From: Squalus acanthias
Lineage: Eukaryota
Assembly: GCA_030390025.1 (NCBI GenBank)
Contig: CM059437.1
Span: 4,092,001 to 4,156,000 of the forward strand
Direction of reading: 5' to 3'
Length of the DNA: 64,000 nucleotides
Shown: one piece after another, positions 25,886 to 38,800 of the stretch
Position numbering within the stretch: the stretch's first letter is position 1
How the letters are laid out: every line of letters starts with the position of its first letter
The notes under the pieces: model-generated
Seen by the model: only the letters and a program-made list of their open reading frames with translations
What the model was told of the DNA's origin: nothing
Database searches by the model: none
Made by a program: the position numbers and the translations under genes

Positions 25886-26771
25886 CAATTTGGTGTCTAA
25901 TGAAAAGAAACCATTATCTCTGCAATTGATTCAAAAAAGTGAGAGAAAAAAATTATTCCACTTTATTTTTACTGTCAGAGTTTTAAATTCACCTTCAGAT
26001 TTTGTCAATTCTTGTCGTGCATTTTCCTTACTTTTAAGAAGGTTGAATGCTGATTAAAAAATTTTTTAATTCTCCCAATCCTATCACAGTATTTTGCAAA
26101 TCAAGTGAAGACGATTTGCACCTAAAATCTGGCGGCTTGAGTAATTAACAAGGTACCTCATTAATCTTCAAAGTTTTGACAAGAGGGCCAGGAACAAAAT
26201 AGAACTTTCACAAGATCAGCCAGGCAGTTGCTATATGTCTGTAGGAAAGTTCCAATCCCTTTAAATGTCTGTATCTTTGGACACAATTCAAAAAATGCGC
26301 TTTTCCCGATTGACGAACGGATATAAATGCTATTACAGTAGTTTTTCAAAGCAGAGAAGAAGTTTCTGAAACCAGGTAAGTATAAGATTTTAATTTGAGG
26401 AAGACATGAAATAGTGAGAAACTATTGCGTAACTATTTTAACCTATTTTATTTTAGTCCAAATTTAGTGCAACATTTTTCTTTCTATCTATTTATCCATC
26501 TACCCATTCATTCATCTATTCAGCTATCTGTCCAACCTTTATGGACAGAAATTCCATTTTTTAGGTTGCTTTAAAATTGTTTTTATCCGAAAACTTGTTT
26601 AAAATTACGAGAGTTTATTGAAAATTAATTTGCAATTTACTAGTTTATCAAATACTTATGGCTGCGTGAAACAAGGACTTTTTAAAAGTTATTTTAAAAA
26701 GTAATTAGCATTCATGTTACAATAGATATCTTTTTTAAAAGCTGAACCCGGGGAGGAACTGAAGGCGGCCA

Positions 26772-26803
26772 CGATCAATCTTTCCCACAGAAGGGCTTGA
26801 CAG
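26772..26803 (-). promoter_or_regulatory. HoxB2 rhombomere-4 enhancer core (Pbx/Hox plus Meis/Prep sites)
   Basis: AGATTGATCG (26772-26781, minus), matching the known Hoxb2 PH site, with CTGTCA (26798-26803) upstream. Confidence 0.8.
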
Positions 26804-27094
26804 CTAAGGCTCGGGAGCACACACTGAAGAATTTGCCTCCCCATATCAAATGCCAGGAAGTGAGGCTGGCCTTCCTTTCTGACCATGTTTTTTTTCTAAA
26901 AGCGGGGTGGCGAAAAGCATTTATTTTTAAATCTAAAGCCGCAAAACACATTATATAAATAGCAAACCGGTGACTTCAGGAAGACTGAGTGAGGAGAGAA
27001 ACGAAGACATCTAGTCAGATTAGGGCACTTTTACGTTTTCAAGGGGAGCCATATAAATCCCATTGGCTTGGCTCGGTTTACAATCCCTCCTGGT

Positions 27095-27172
27095 AAACAC
27101 TGTGTGGGACGCGCAATGAATTCGTGCAATGGGGCCTAGAAACCTTTGTTTGTCAAAACGTGTGTGGGTGCA
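27095..27172. promoter_or_regulatory. Candidate HoxB2 r3/r5 (Krox20/Egr2) enhancer
   Basis: Two Egr-like sites TGTGTGGGAC (27101-27110) and TGTGTGGGTG (27161-27170) flanking a Box1/BoxA-like CCTTTGTTTGTCA; adjacent to the r4 element as in tetrapods. Confidence 0.6.
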
Positions 27173-29647
27173 AGTATTTAAGCGCGGATCCTCACAGGCC
27201 TCTGAGTCACTCTTCAGAAAGAAAGAAATCTATTCTTAAATCAGTAAGAAAATAATTCAAAAAAATAGAATATTTGATAGATTTATAAATATGTGGGATA
27301 CGGCCACTAAAATTAGCAGCAATTTTAGTGTGAGGGTTGCACCGGGAGCATTGGCTGAGGAATAATTGGTTAAAATGTGACGTGAGGTAAAGGCTGTAAC
27401 ATGGCGTGTCGTTTTGTTTTGAATTGGTAGCTGCAGATTTATTTTCACAGTGAGCTTAAGATGATGCCTAGTCCTCGTCCTGAAAGTGTTTGATCCTTAT
27501 TAAATAGCAATAAATTGCTCGAAATGATTTACGAGTTAAAAAACGCGATAAAGTTAAATATTTTCTATTCGTTTCTGATATTGTTTTTGTGCACAGACTA
27601 TACATTGATATATACACATATTTAATTGAATCCAATATAAACAGTGAAATACGACTCCTGACGCTGAAGACAAGTCTAGAATGCATTGAATAGAGGGGGA
27701 TACACATATTAATGCAATGAATTAAACAGCTCCAATAAATAAAATTGGTTTCTGCATGTTAAAAGACTAGGTTAATTTTCACTTGAGATCTGAAGAACGC
27801 CAAATGATTGAAGCATTTCTGTAGATCGCCATCAAGAGCAAAATATGTTACGGATTTTTTTTTGCTGGGAAGCTGGGTTTTTTTCTTCCTGGGCGGCGAG
27901 AGGTCGAAAATCGAACAATATGGCGCCGAATCTTTTTAGATCTGGTTGACATCAGCTGCAAAATTGTATTTGGAAAACCCTGGAGAATTGTTATACGAGC
28001 CCAGGAAAACTTTCACACAGATCTGTGGCTTTTAACTGATCCATATCACTGTGTATATGATTAGGAACTGATTGAAGGAGCGTTGTCTTTCATTTTGATA
28101 TCACACAAGCAGAAAAAAAAGTTTATTAAAAAAATTCTAATCTAAGTTTTACAAAAATCACAGGTGATGGTCAAATGACCAGAATTGTGTTTTTTAAGGC
28201 GGAGAACGTTATTTAAAGAAATACTAAATATGATTATCAATGTTATTACATAGGATTTCTGAACTTATAACTGATGTACACTTTAACTCTTGCTGTCTTC
28301 ACATCTAAACCCGTGATAAATTCGATTTTTTTGTTACTGGTTTTACAGGAATCACAACATATCAGTGAACTCTTGCCTTGAGAAGTATGTATACTTAAAA
28401 CAAAACTATTAAATTTTTTGTTGTTATATTCCACAATTAATTTTACTTGAACCAAGACTGAACAGTGCAAAAGATCATTCTTACTGCTTAAACAATTCTA
28501 TAATTAGTGCACAGAAAGCTTAAAGAATGAATCAATGCAATTCGTCTATGGGAGGTAAAATTAACTTTTAGCAGTTGTTAGAAATAAATGCGTGTTTTAT
28601 ATGATTAGGTAACCAGAATCACTATGTGCTTTGCTTTCCCTAGGTCTCTGAGAGGTTAAAACCTATTGTTACAATGTGTGAGTGTGACTATATGCTTGCA
28701 GTGGTTACTATAAAAGTTGTGCTTCACGGTGTTTTAGGGCACGCCAAATCCAATAAACTTCATTTTAAAAAGCACAGTAAAAGTTCTGTTCGAATAGTAA
28801 ACTTGTCAACTATTTACAAACATCTGCATTCTGAAATTTCCTATCAGAAACTGAATAACTTGGGAATCAAATTAGTTTTTCAAGGCGATTAACACTGTTA
28901 TCCACCCAATTATTTCCCATGTTTTAGAGTTTATAGAAATCTTGAGTGTAAAATCCATTCTCATACACAGCCATGCACATCCTGCTATGATAACATCACT
29001 TTAAAACGAGTTGATTGCCAGACCAAGAAAAATATCTTGCATTTTGAATGGAATGAACTGGAAAGGTCTGTGTACTTTGGCAGGCTGCTCATGCTTTTGT
29101 CTTTGTTTCTCTTGCAGGTCCAATAACTACTCGGCCCAGACAGCACGTGGTGTCTCCTTACACCGGATGGAAACTTTTTACCCCTTAATTCCTGAATGTT
29201 TGTGTAAGTCTCTGGACCTTGTTTGGTAATAAAGATATTTACAAGCTGGAAAAGTGCTTCATTCTTTAGTTTTGTAAGAGGCATTAATCTGAGCACTACC
29301 CTCTTCGCACAAATCCCCTCCCCCTTTCTGATATTAGAATAGACGAGACTTAGAACAGCAGAGGAATGATTAGGCAATGAAATATAAACGAGGCAGAGCT
29401 TCCTATTCATGCCACTGTGTGTATGTGTGATTGTCTGTGTGTGGGAGAGAGAGAGAGACAGAGAGAGCTTCAAATGTATGATTTGAATAGTTTTGCCATC
29501 ACAGTTGTCTAAGACGCTAATGTAAACTGCCTATTAATGGCGTTCTGATGGTTGTATATATATATATATATATACATATAAATATAAAGATTTTCATGTT
29601 ACGATCATTAATATATAATCCATACAACAAAATCTGTTAACAGGAGA

Positions 29648-29653
29648 TTTATT
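29648..29653 (-). terminator. Candidate HoxB3 polyadenylation signal
   Basis: AATAAA on the minus strand about 900 nt after the stop; another lies near 29934. Confidence 0.45.
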
Positions 29654-30553
29654 CCAGAATTGTTTGACAGACAACTCTTAGCAAGGAAAATAACTACGAA
29701 GAAGGCAAGGAGTGTCAGAAAGGGAGGATTTGCTATATTTTTCTAAATCAAGACTATACAATTACTGTCCTATTCTGTCCCCATGCCTTCGATATAACTA
29801 ATTACATTATTTGTAGGTACAATGGCAACAGAAAACTACATTTTTGTTCTAGTTTACATTAACTAAAATAAACTTGTTTACAGTGACATGAATACAACCG
29901 CTTCGACAGGTAAATACTAAAAAGTACAGTTTTTTATTTTTTTTTATATAAATACGTATTGTTGGGGATAAATAATACAAAAAAGAAGAAATATTTTCCT
30001 GGCATTAATCAATAAATATATCTGAATGTTCACCAGAATACACACATATTGAAAGACGCACCAGCTAATCAGTTTTAAGATTCCTTCAAGGCCGAGTTGG
30101 AGTTGCTTGCCTCATATGAGTTGGTTCACCCATTGAAATGTAAACGATAAGTGCAATACAGGTGTCCAGAGGAAACCAAGCATCAGCAAATACCCAAAAT
30201 GTCTTCACTTTTGCTTTTTTCAAAGGACAGAAGATTTGTTCATTTACCCTGTTTCACGTTAAGTCCAAGAAGAAACAAATGTACAACCTTTAGGATTTTG
30301 CATGACCAAGTATTGATGGAGCCTAAAGATTGCAATGGGGTGGGTGATGGGGGAGGGGTGGGGTGGAGCAGGCATGCTCTATATAGGAGGGGTGGTTGGG
30401 TGAGGGGACAATGTAAGCAACATATATTAATACAAGCCAGCATACATGAAGAAGAAGACTCTATTAAGGAAATGGATCAAAGAGATTTCATGAGAAAAGG
30501 AAAGGAGAACTCATTGTTTACTTTTCCTCAGTGAAGCTCCCTGCTTACGCCTG

Positions 30554-31323
30554 CTACAGATGGGTCAGTTTGGGAGCTTCCTGAATTCTTCCCTGAGAAG
30601 GATGATGCGATGAAAGGTCTGTGTAGGTTGGATGTGGGTCACAAGGTCCATGGTGCTGACTGGGAGCCATCTGAGCAGCACCATTGTAGTCCATGTTTGT
30701 GGATGCAGGGTGAGAAAGGTGATTGAGGCCGAAAAGAGAAGGCCCCGAAGCGGACATTGAATCCACATAGTTCCCGCCAACATACACAGGACTGCCCTGC
30801 ATGTTTGGTGTCCCATAGTTGCCATTGCCCTGTAGTGCATGGGGGTCGTATTCTGGAGCCGTCCCAGGATATCTCTTCTGCTGCTGAGTTGGGCAACTTT
30901 TCATCGGGTTTTGGTAACTCGTGGTCATGGCATAAGCGTTCTGATGAGGTTTATTGAAAGGCGGCGGTGAAGGGGCGTCATAGGCAGAGTTGTTAGCAAG
31001 CGGGTGCATGGCGTTGACAAAGCCGGCAGAGCCCTGGACGGAAAGCGGGGGGCTGCCCGTGGGCGACGGCCCTCCGGAAGAACTCACCATGCCTTTCGTT
31101 TTTTGATCCTTCTTGTACTTCATCCGGCGGTTCTGGAACCAGATCTTGATCTGCCGTTCACTGAGGTTGAGCAGGTTCGCCATCTCCACTCGGCGAGGTC
31201 TGCAAAGGTAACGGTTAAAATGGAACTCTTTCTCCAGTTCAACCAGCTGCGCGCTGGTGTAGGCAGTGCGCGCTCGCTTTGAGGCGGAACCCGGCGGGCT
31301 TTTGTCCCCACTGATATTTTCAG
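30554..31323 (-). CDS. hoxb3: HoxB3 last coding exon (homeodomain and group-3 C-terminal domain)
   Basis: [61 protein letters not shown] ... [13 protein letters not shown]; acceptor TGCTCACAG|CT. Spliced CDS is 1185 nt (394 aa). Confidence 0.96.
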
Positions 31324-32130
31324 CTGTGAGCAATAAAATAAAGATAATTACCTCTTTAAAAGTGCACGCATCTGAACAAGAAAACTCGCCAGATAAATTT
31401 AATAAGTCTTGAAAGAAAAACACCGTTAACACATCAAGGACCATCATTTTCACATCAATCGTTATTAAAAGTTTCATACCGCCCCCCCCCCCCACACCAG
31501 AAATATGACGTGGCATCCCCAGAGCTCAGAAAATTGAATCATAATCATATTGACACAACGTTCAGAACAATATATTCTACAGTTGAATTGATACACTTAA
31601 AGAGGACAGGGCAAATGATGATTTGCAACAGACGCAACTGCATTATATAATTATGGCCCATTCAAGATTATGCTTATAATCAAGAACTGCTACATCCGAT
31701 ATGTTTAATATTACTATTCAGAAGCGGCATTAATAGTAGTTATAGGCTTGTAGCAATTTCTTGCATTACCTGCTTTTTAATACTTCACTTTTTTTGATGT
31801 CATGTCAACTTTCTGGTTTCACAATCAACCAGTACCTGACCTTTGTGCATTCTGAGCTGTTTAGAAGCAGTGACACAGTGTATATATTTAGTGCAATTAC
31901 ATGTTACAACATGTTTCAGTTTCAAAGCAGAATAATAACTATTTGAGAAATTGGAAAAAGTGGGGGGGGGGGCGGGCCAATATGCTTTAATGTTAACAAT
32001 CTATCAACAAAGGCTTTAACGTGCTGCAGCTATTTGAAAATCGTGTTTTTTCATGCTTTGATTTAAATAATAGTGCCGCCTTTTCATTTGATGCGTGGGT
32101 ACCTAGAGCTGCAAAAGAAAGCTGGTGTAC

Positions 32131-32545
32131 CTGTGCTGGGACAGTTGTTATTTTTTTGCTTGGAGTTTTGCCGTGACTCTTTCATCCATGGGAATATCTG
32201 CTTGGTGAGGCTGGGTGTGGAGGTGTGGGAAGACTTGGGCAGAGTCTTGCTGGTGCCTGGCTGTGTCGAGTTGCTGCTGGGGTTTTGGGGAGGTGAGACA
32301 GGTGGAGGTTGGCGGTGCTCGGGGAGGTTCGAACGCATGCAGCTCCCATTGATGTCTTTAGATTTGGGATGCGGAGCACTGGTGCCAGCTGGCTGAAGGG
32401 AACAGGCCGACCTCTGGTAATCACTTTCAACGTGAGAAGATGGTGGATAGGGTTCCTGCGCCACTTCATAGCTGAAACCATTTGCTCCCTGGTATGTGTA
32501 TCCACCGAATAGAGTACAGTTGTCGTAGTATGTCGTTTTTTGCAT
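32131..32545 (-). CDS. hoxb3: HoxB3 first coding exon
   Basis: MQKTTYYDN start and [18 protein letters not shown] hexapeptide region; donor ACAG|GTACAC in phase 1. The exon probably begins at acceptor CTTCTAACCTTAG|G at 32661. Confidence 0.93.
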
Positions 32546-35500
32546 CTCGCAGTTTCCCAATATTTATTTCACAAACTGTCAGGGTCCTGACACCCTTATC
32601 GAATAACATTGGCACCCCGATTCACGTGACGTTTTCTTCCAATAGCCTCCTGGCAGTTGACCTAAGGTTAGAAGAACCACAGAATAATAGTGGAACGGGT
32701 GTGGATCCATCTTACACATTCAAAAGCAAATGACATGAATAGCTTTCACCAAACAGGCAGCGCAGATGCCATGGCTGATCCTGATTCCTGGCTATTTGGG
32801 ACTGTCGAGGACGAGAAGGGGGGGAAAAACCCACTCTCGCTTTGAGCTCTGGTCGAAAACGTCAAATTTATATAACCATCTGCAAAACTATTTTAATAGA
32901 GATCAGATTCGGCATTAGCTCACAGCTAAATTCTTTTGGTTTAGGCAATGTTCCAAAAATGATAATTATTTATGAAAAAACTTCAGACAAACTCGGGTTT
33001 GCTATCTCACAGGCAGTTTCATAAACTTTCACAATCAGCCCAGTTAAAATACACCCCAAAAAATTTCGTTCCATTTGATTTTATTGCCCCTTGCTTGATT
33101 AAGTGCCATGCTGTCAATATTCTAGATTAAAAATCTGACCTACCGCCTAAAATTAGGTTTACATTTATTGATATGAAACGGAGCTGCCAAAGTCTCAACA
33201 TTTAAACGTACAGCGAACATGGCGGGATGAGATTTCCCCTGAAAACATCTGGTTTAAATAGAAGGAAACTTATGGATGTTTCAGTAGCCATGTATTCAAA
33301 CTCTAATCTGAAACACACTTTTATAGGCACCATAATTTCTTGCTTAACGCGGCAATCTAAAATTCACATCTCTCTTTACTGCTAAAAGGCAGCCCTGATA
33401 ATGTCGGCGAAAATCGCAGAAAAATCACACAAATTATGCAGGGCTAAGAAACAATCAAAACGACCATTATATACACAGGAATCAGACACTCTTAACCATT
33501 TGATTTAAGTTTGGTTACATGGCATTCTGAATATATATATGCATATGTATTTAACGTGGCCTTTTAGAATGTATTACTTTGTCAAGGCGAAGGTGAAGAA
33601 GTAAGTGCTTTTGTTTCTGCCTTTCTCTGCCCATGTTTAAACTGGATACTGTTTTTGGACGGCTCATGCTTAGCCTTGCGGCGATATTTTTGGACCCTTT
33701 TCCTCTTCCCCGCCACAGCTTTAACTATCCATGATGGATCGACAAAGTATTTCAAACCTGAAAAACAGGGGTTTGTGTTCTCTATGACCAGCATTTGAAC
33801 CTTTCTCTTAACCAAGAAACAAAACGGATAATAGGTACTGTCTTGGAAGGTGCTCTATAGTTTGATGTATGAGGGGGTCAGCCGACCAATAAAGATTTTT
33901 TTTTGTGTTTAAAAAAAATCGGGCCAAGGACTCCCGGAGCGGCTCAAACGCAAAGAGTGAACGGCGAGACGGCCCCGGCACAATCCCGACACTCCTAAAA
34001 TATGCAGGGTTTTCATTTCTGCTCCACACTCGCACCGCATTTTAAAATTTCTGTTTTAAGTACAGTTTCAGTTTGATGCACCTTCTTTTAAAAAAAATGA
34101 TCCGAAGCAATTGCCAGAATTATAAACCGCACAGCAGAAACTCGGCGAGAAACGTTCGAGAACCGCCGAGTTCTTTCTAAAACTTGCACGTATTTCCAAT
34201 TTTTATATAATATATATATTACTCGTCATTTCGAAATGTTAATTTTGGTGTCTGGTGCTGATTAATGATATTGTAAAACAAAATTATTAGATTAAATGCA
34301 AACACCTCACAATGCGAATGCCTGTCTATGTCGCAAGCAATACTTCTCTCCCGTGTTAAATAGGATTTAATATTTATAAAGAGACTAATGTTTTTTTACA
34401 GTTTAATTCAGCGAAGGATTCACTGTCAGACGATACGGCGTTGGAAATATATTAAAGATCTGTCTTTCTGAAAGAGAGAATTAAAATGTGTTCACAAAAT
34501 CGATTTTTGCTTCATGGAATGTTTATTATGGTACAGGCTCTCACACTTTGCGCTAAAATTATATTTAATTTATTCAGAGTAAACCAGCCAAGTAAAAGGT
34601 TGAAAATTGTATTAAAAATATCAAAACAAAGCATTCATTCAAATCAATGCACATTTCTGGGAAAGGAAAACGGAATGGAGTTCTAAAAAATATATATAAC
34701 GCCGTAATTTACGGGCTCCGTGCTTCGAAATACATACTTTAAAAATGGTAACATCGAATTTTATAATTCTGTAGTTTACAGCTCTGCTCATGTGTACTTC
34801 GCGGGGTTACAGGCGGTAGTCGGATAATAGCTTTGTTCTGTAAGGCAGGGCCAGAGTTCCTTATTATTTACAATCAGAAGATAAAATACACACTGAAATT
34901 TCAGGCTTTTCATTCAAGGCCGGGCCAGAGCAATACCATTTTCTCCCTTTGCCACAGAGAGAAAACGTTGCAAAGTTTTATTTACCAATACACACACACA
35001 CAAAATGATAAATTCTAATAAAATGACCCGTCTTCAGCTGGGTGCCACGGCTGCACTTAAGGAAGCTCTAGTCACTAACGGAGCTGAAGCGTGCCACTAA
35101 AACTAGAATTTTACAGCAAAATACATGGACGTTTCTATTTCAAGTGGTGCTTTGAGAAACATTGAACAAAGCCAGAAAAGTCAGGCGCGCTCCAGTCGCC
35201 GTTTGCCACCATGTTTCGGAGAAACACAGAGGCTTGAGGAGTAATGTGCTAAGATTTCTCTCTCCATAATCCGGACACACGGTACCTGCAGCCCCCAAGT
35301 CCTCGCAGTGCTATGTAAGCGAAGGGGCCATTTGATTGCCCAAAATGTGTAAAATATACAGAAAAGAACCATCCTAGCTAATGGGACAACAATAGGGGAA
35401 GTCGTCATACACCTTAAATTATAGAGCACCGTAAGACGCCCACGTAAATATGTCTCAAATCACAACTGAGAGCTTGGTTTTGAAAAATACTCCAAATTAG

Positions 35501-35588
35501 CCCCCCAAAAAAGGCACAGGGAACGGGTTCCGTGTTGAATTCAGATGCAATGTGTAACAGTCGCTGCGTGAAAGGAAGCTATAGCTTG

Positions 35589-35605
35589 TGAACTCTTCTT
35601 GAACC
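35589..35605 (-). promoter_or_regulatory. Group-3 Hox upstream DR5 RARE
   Basis: GGTTCA-agaag-AGTTCA on the minus strand 3 kb 5' of the HoxB3 ATG; matches the recalled conserved Hox3 5' RARE. Confidence 0.85.
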
Positions 35606-35687
35606 GAGATTGAAGTCATATGGTCATAAATCACTGGGACATATACTCCGCCATTCACGAGTGATAGCCTATTTGAGTCCAGCTTAC

Positions 35688-35881
35688 CTTAGCCACTGAC
35701 GATAGAAGCAGAGCCAGACATAATATTTCAGATTCACCACGCAATCGATAAGCAGGAGTTCCCAAATTCTTTTTTATACATATATAAAAAAAAAGGAAGG
35801 ATAAAACAGCTGGTTATGGCGCTGAAATTCACTCGTTGAAGGCAACGGCAAAGAAAGGCGAGATGGTACAGCTTCAAAGAA
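35688..35881 (-). other. Predicted non-coding HoxB3 5' UTR exon
   Basis: Acceptor GCTTTCTACAG|T at 35881 and strong donor AAG|GTAAGC at 35688; HoxB3 is known to have several 5' leader exons. Inference only. Confidence 0.45.
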
Positions 35882-38800
35882 CTGTAGAAAGCTCAAGGCT
35901 TGAATGGACAGCCCTGATATTATTGAGCCCTAGACTGGTACGCCCTGCTCACAGATAACAATGGTTTCTCAGCTCTACAGGGCAGAGTGAACTAGAAAGA
36001 AAACCCATATATTCGGTATGTTTGTTATGAATCTATATATAGATATATACACAAAATATTAAAAGCACGGTTTTAAGGGGAAAAATACGATTTCTTTCTT
36101 GAATGCTGGGCAGGCAACGAGTGTTAATCCCCTCGAAACACAGCGTCACAAGTGAAAAATTATGCTAATTAGCGACGTGGTGGACAAGGCCTAGACTGGG
36201 ATGCCAAGCTCGCTATTTGCTTCACGTGTTTGGCAATTATGTGTCAGTTTATGCTAATATATTTTTCCGGCGAAGTGAAACCTTTCGCCAGCCAAAATAT
36301 TATTAATGCAAGATATAATAATAATCATAAAAAAGTGAACTTCACATTACACAACTCCGCGAAGAAATGCATTTCCCTCTATCCGCATTGTTTACTTAAC
36401 TCGTGGTCCGAATCATTAATTAATAATTTATTCATGACCCCAAAAAAAAACTTTTGTGCCAGACTGGGTGCGGTAGAAAGAAAAGAAAATGGACGCAGCG
36501 AAGGGGAGGAAGGAGGAGGAGGGGATAATTCTGTTGTATTTAACATAGAGCAACGCACTAGATGCAACAACCTCTCTCTAAACTTTTAATGTGGGTTGTG
36601 TGTTGCACTTGCTTGGACACTTATGGTGATTTTTAAAAAATTAAAATAAAAAAAATGCTCTCCCGACAATGGAGAGAGAATTGTCACATGAGTGAAAGCC
36701 AATGGAAAAAGAATTTGGAACTTAAGCTCTTTTTTATGCATGCCACTGCTTCTGTCGTTTATGGCCGCGTAAGATTTATGACTTCATGGCACCATAGCTG
36801 TAAACAGTGTAAAAGGGATAGATGTTGCACTAGTTAGGTACATGAAAGGAGAGCCTGTACGGCGTAGGAGGAAGACGGGCGAAAGAATCTACAACTCTGC
36901 AACTTTTTAACGCCTTCATACTATTCTTTTATTTTTTTTGCAAACTATGTCTTTTTTGGGGTTTGTTAAAGAAGCAATTCAGAGGTCCGAGGCCCTCGTC
37001 AATGCTTCTTTTCTGTTCGGAATAAGTGAGAGGAAAGGTTGATTTTTTTTAACGTGCAGTGATTTTTCTACAACACACTGCTCAGCTGCCAAAGGTATAA
37101 CTTCACAAAGTGAGACTCGGATTCTGGCCGTCTAAGAAACAAGTTCCTCCCGCTTAGAAGCAGGACAGGCTAAAGAATGTCAGACAGTATCGTATGTTAT
37201 TTTTTCCATCGCGAGGTGGCTGAGTATATAACTTTGCAACTTTGCAACTTGTATAACTGGACGACTGCTCACTTTTTCCTGCACCTATTGTTTTGCCTGT
37301 AAACTCCTTCCGCGACTGGGGGAAGATTCAGTTTCACTTCGGTGATCTCAACAATGAACTTTTTTTCTTACATCTGCTTCTAGATGGAAACCATATTTTG
37401 AAAATAGAGGTTTTAATTTGATCTTTTATGTGGTGGTAAGATTTTTTTAATGTACCAAGAAAATGCTAATACAATTGCAAAATGTTTCTGTATTGTGCTT
37501 GTAGAACAAGTGATTCCAGATCGTTGCCAACAAAATATCTGATTTTAATCTAACTCGGACCTTAACAAAAAAAAACTTTGGCAATTGAAAACTTTGCATG
37601 CGATATTAAGGCGTTATGTAGCATAGTATACACCTCTGTATAATGTATGTCTGTTTATCTAACGATAGCTTTATCTTTCCATCTATCTATCTATCTATTA
37701 ATAAACAGGACACTGAACTGTGGGAAATGGTTCAGGTGTTAAATAAATATAGTCTGACTTACCGCAATAATGCTGCTAGTTCCCGATCCAAGGTGTAGCT
37801 GCTGATGGGGTCTTTATAAAAAGCGAAGACTGCAAAAAGGAAAGAAAAAAGACAAACCTTCGATCAAGGAAATCGTTACAAAATCGAATTCGTTGCACAC
37901 GACCTCTGAGGAAATCGACAGAGTATTCGAGCAAATGACAGAAAGAAGCAACAAAAAGTGGAGCGTCAGGAATTAGGAATACAATATGCATTATTAATAA
38001 TATATTAGAAATGGGCATCGTAATGTGCTCAAATATAAACATTAAGTGTAAATACTTTTAACTTATATGTTGGTCTGCTCACCCAACCAGAATCTTGACA
38101 TTATTAACTTAAGTAAAATGCTGTGTATATTTTTGAAATTGCTCATGTATTTGTGCTTAATCATTAAATAAAGTTGTATTTCATACATGTTTGTGGTTTT
38201 CTTTCTCAAAGTGGTTGATAAATTAAATGTATATTTACCACCCTACACTTCACGGAGGGCACTTAATTGCCTGGTTTTAGTGTTTCCTAACTAATGGTAG
38301 TCTATCTTTAGTTAAAACATACAACATTTAGCCAGTTTTATTTAATATTTGGATCAAATAGGCTTGTGGTTAAATGCCGGGCCTGCAACAAACATCATAT
38401 ATTAAAAGTATACGTCATTTTAAAGCGTTTCAAATTTCCAATGTGTCTTTATTTGTTATTTTATTTTGAGCAGTAATACAAAATTCGAATGACGACATTG
38501 AATGATTTGAAAATTGGATTCATATTATAAAATCAATTGTTTCATTATATCCCAGCCCTCCTGTATAAAAAAACTAAAGTAGGGCCGCTGATGTCTTTAA
38601 TAGTGAAAATAATAACATTCTTTTGTGTATGGCTTCTGTTATTGGTCTGGAGTAAAAAATTCGTTACATTTTGCCCCAAAAGGCAACAATTTCGGAAAGA
38701 TTCCGCGCACCAGGCTTTGTGACCTCCCAGTGTAAAAATGATTTGTTTCATCCAAAAGCGGCAACAGTTACGCGTGTTGAATCTGTAGCTTCGTTTACTA

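Noticed and set aside
28985-29473. 162-aa minus-strand ORF between HoxB2 and HoxB3
   Set aside because: No recognisable domain, begins in microsatellite sequence with a non-ATG start, no exon structure evident.
31324-31516. N-terminal ORF-track extensions of the homeobox exons (also 24732-24840, 14376-14400, and 15761-15781, 53023-53055 for first exons)
   Set aside because: Open frames running into introns or UTRs; splice sites and conserved N-termini define the real boundaries.
30565-32733. Alternative-frame and antisense ORFs over Hox exons
   Set aside because: Expected shadows of GC-rich coding sequence with no independent support.
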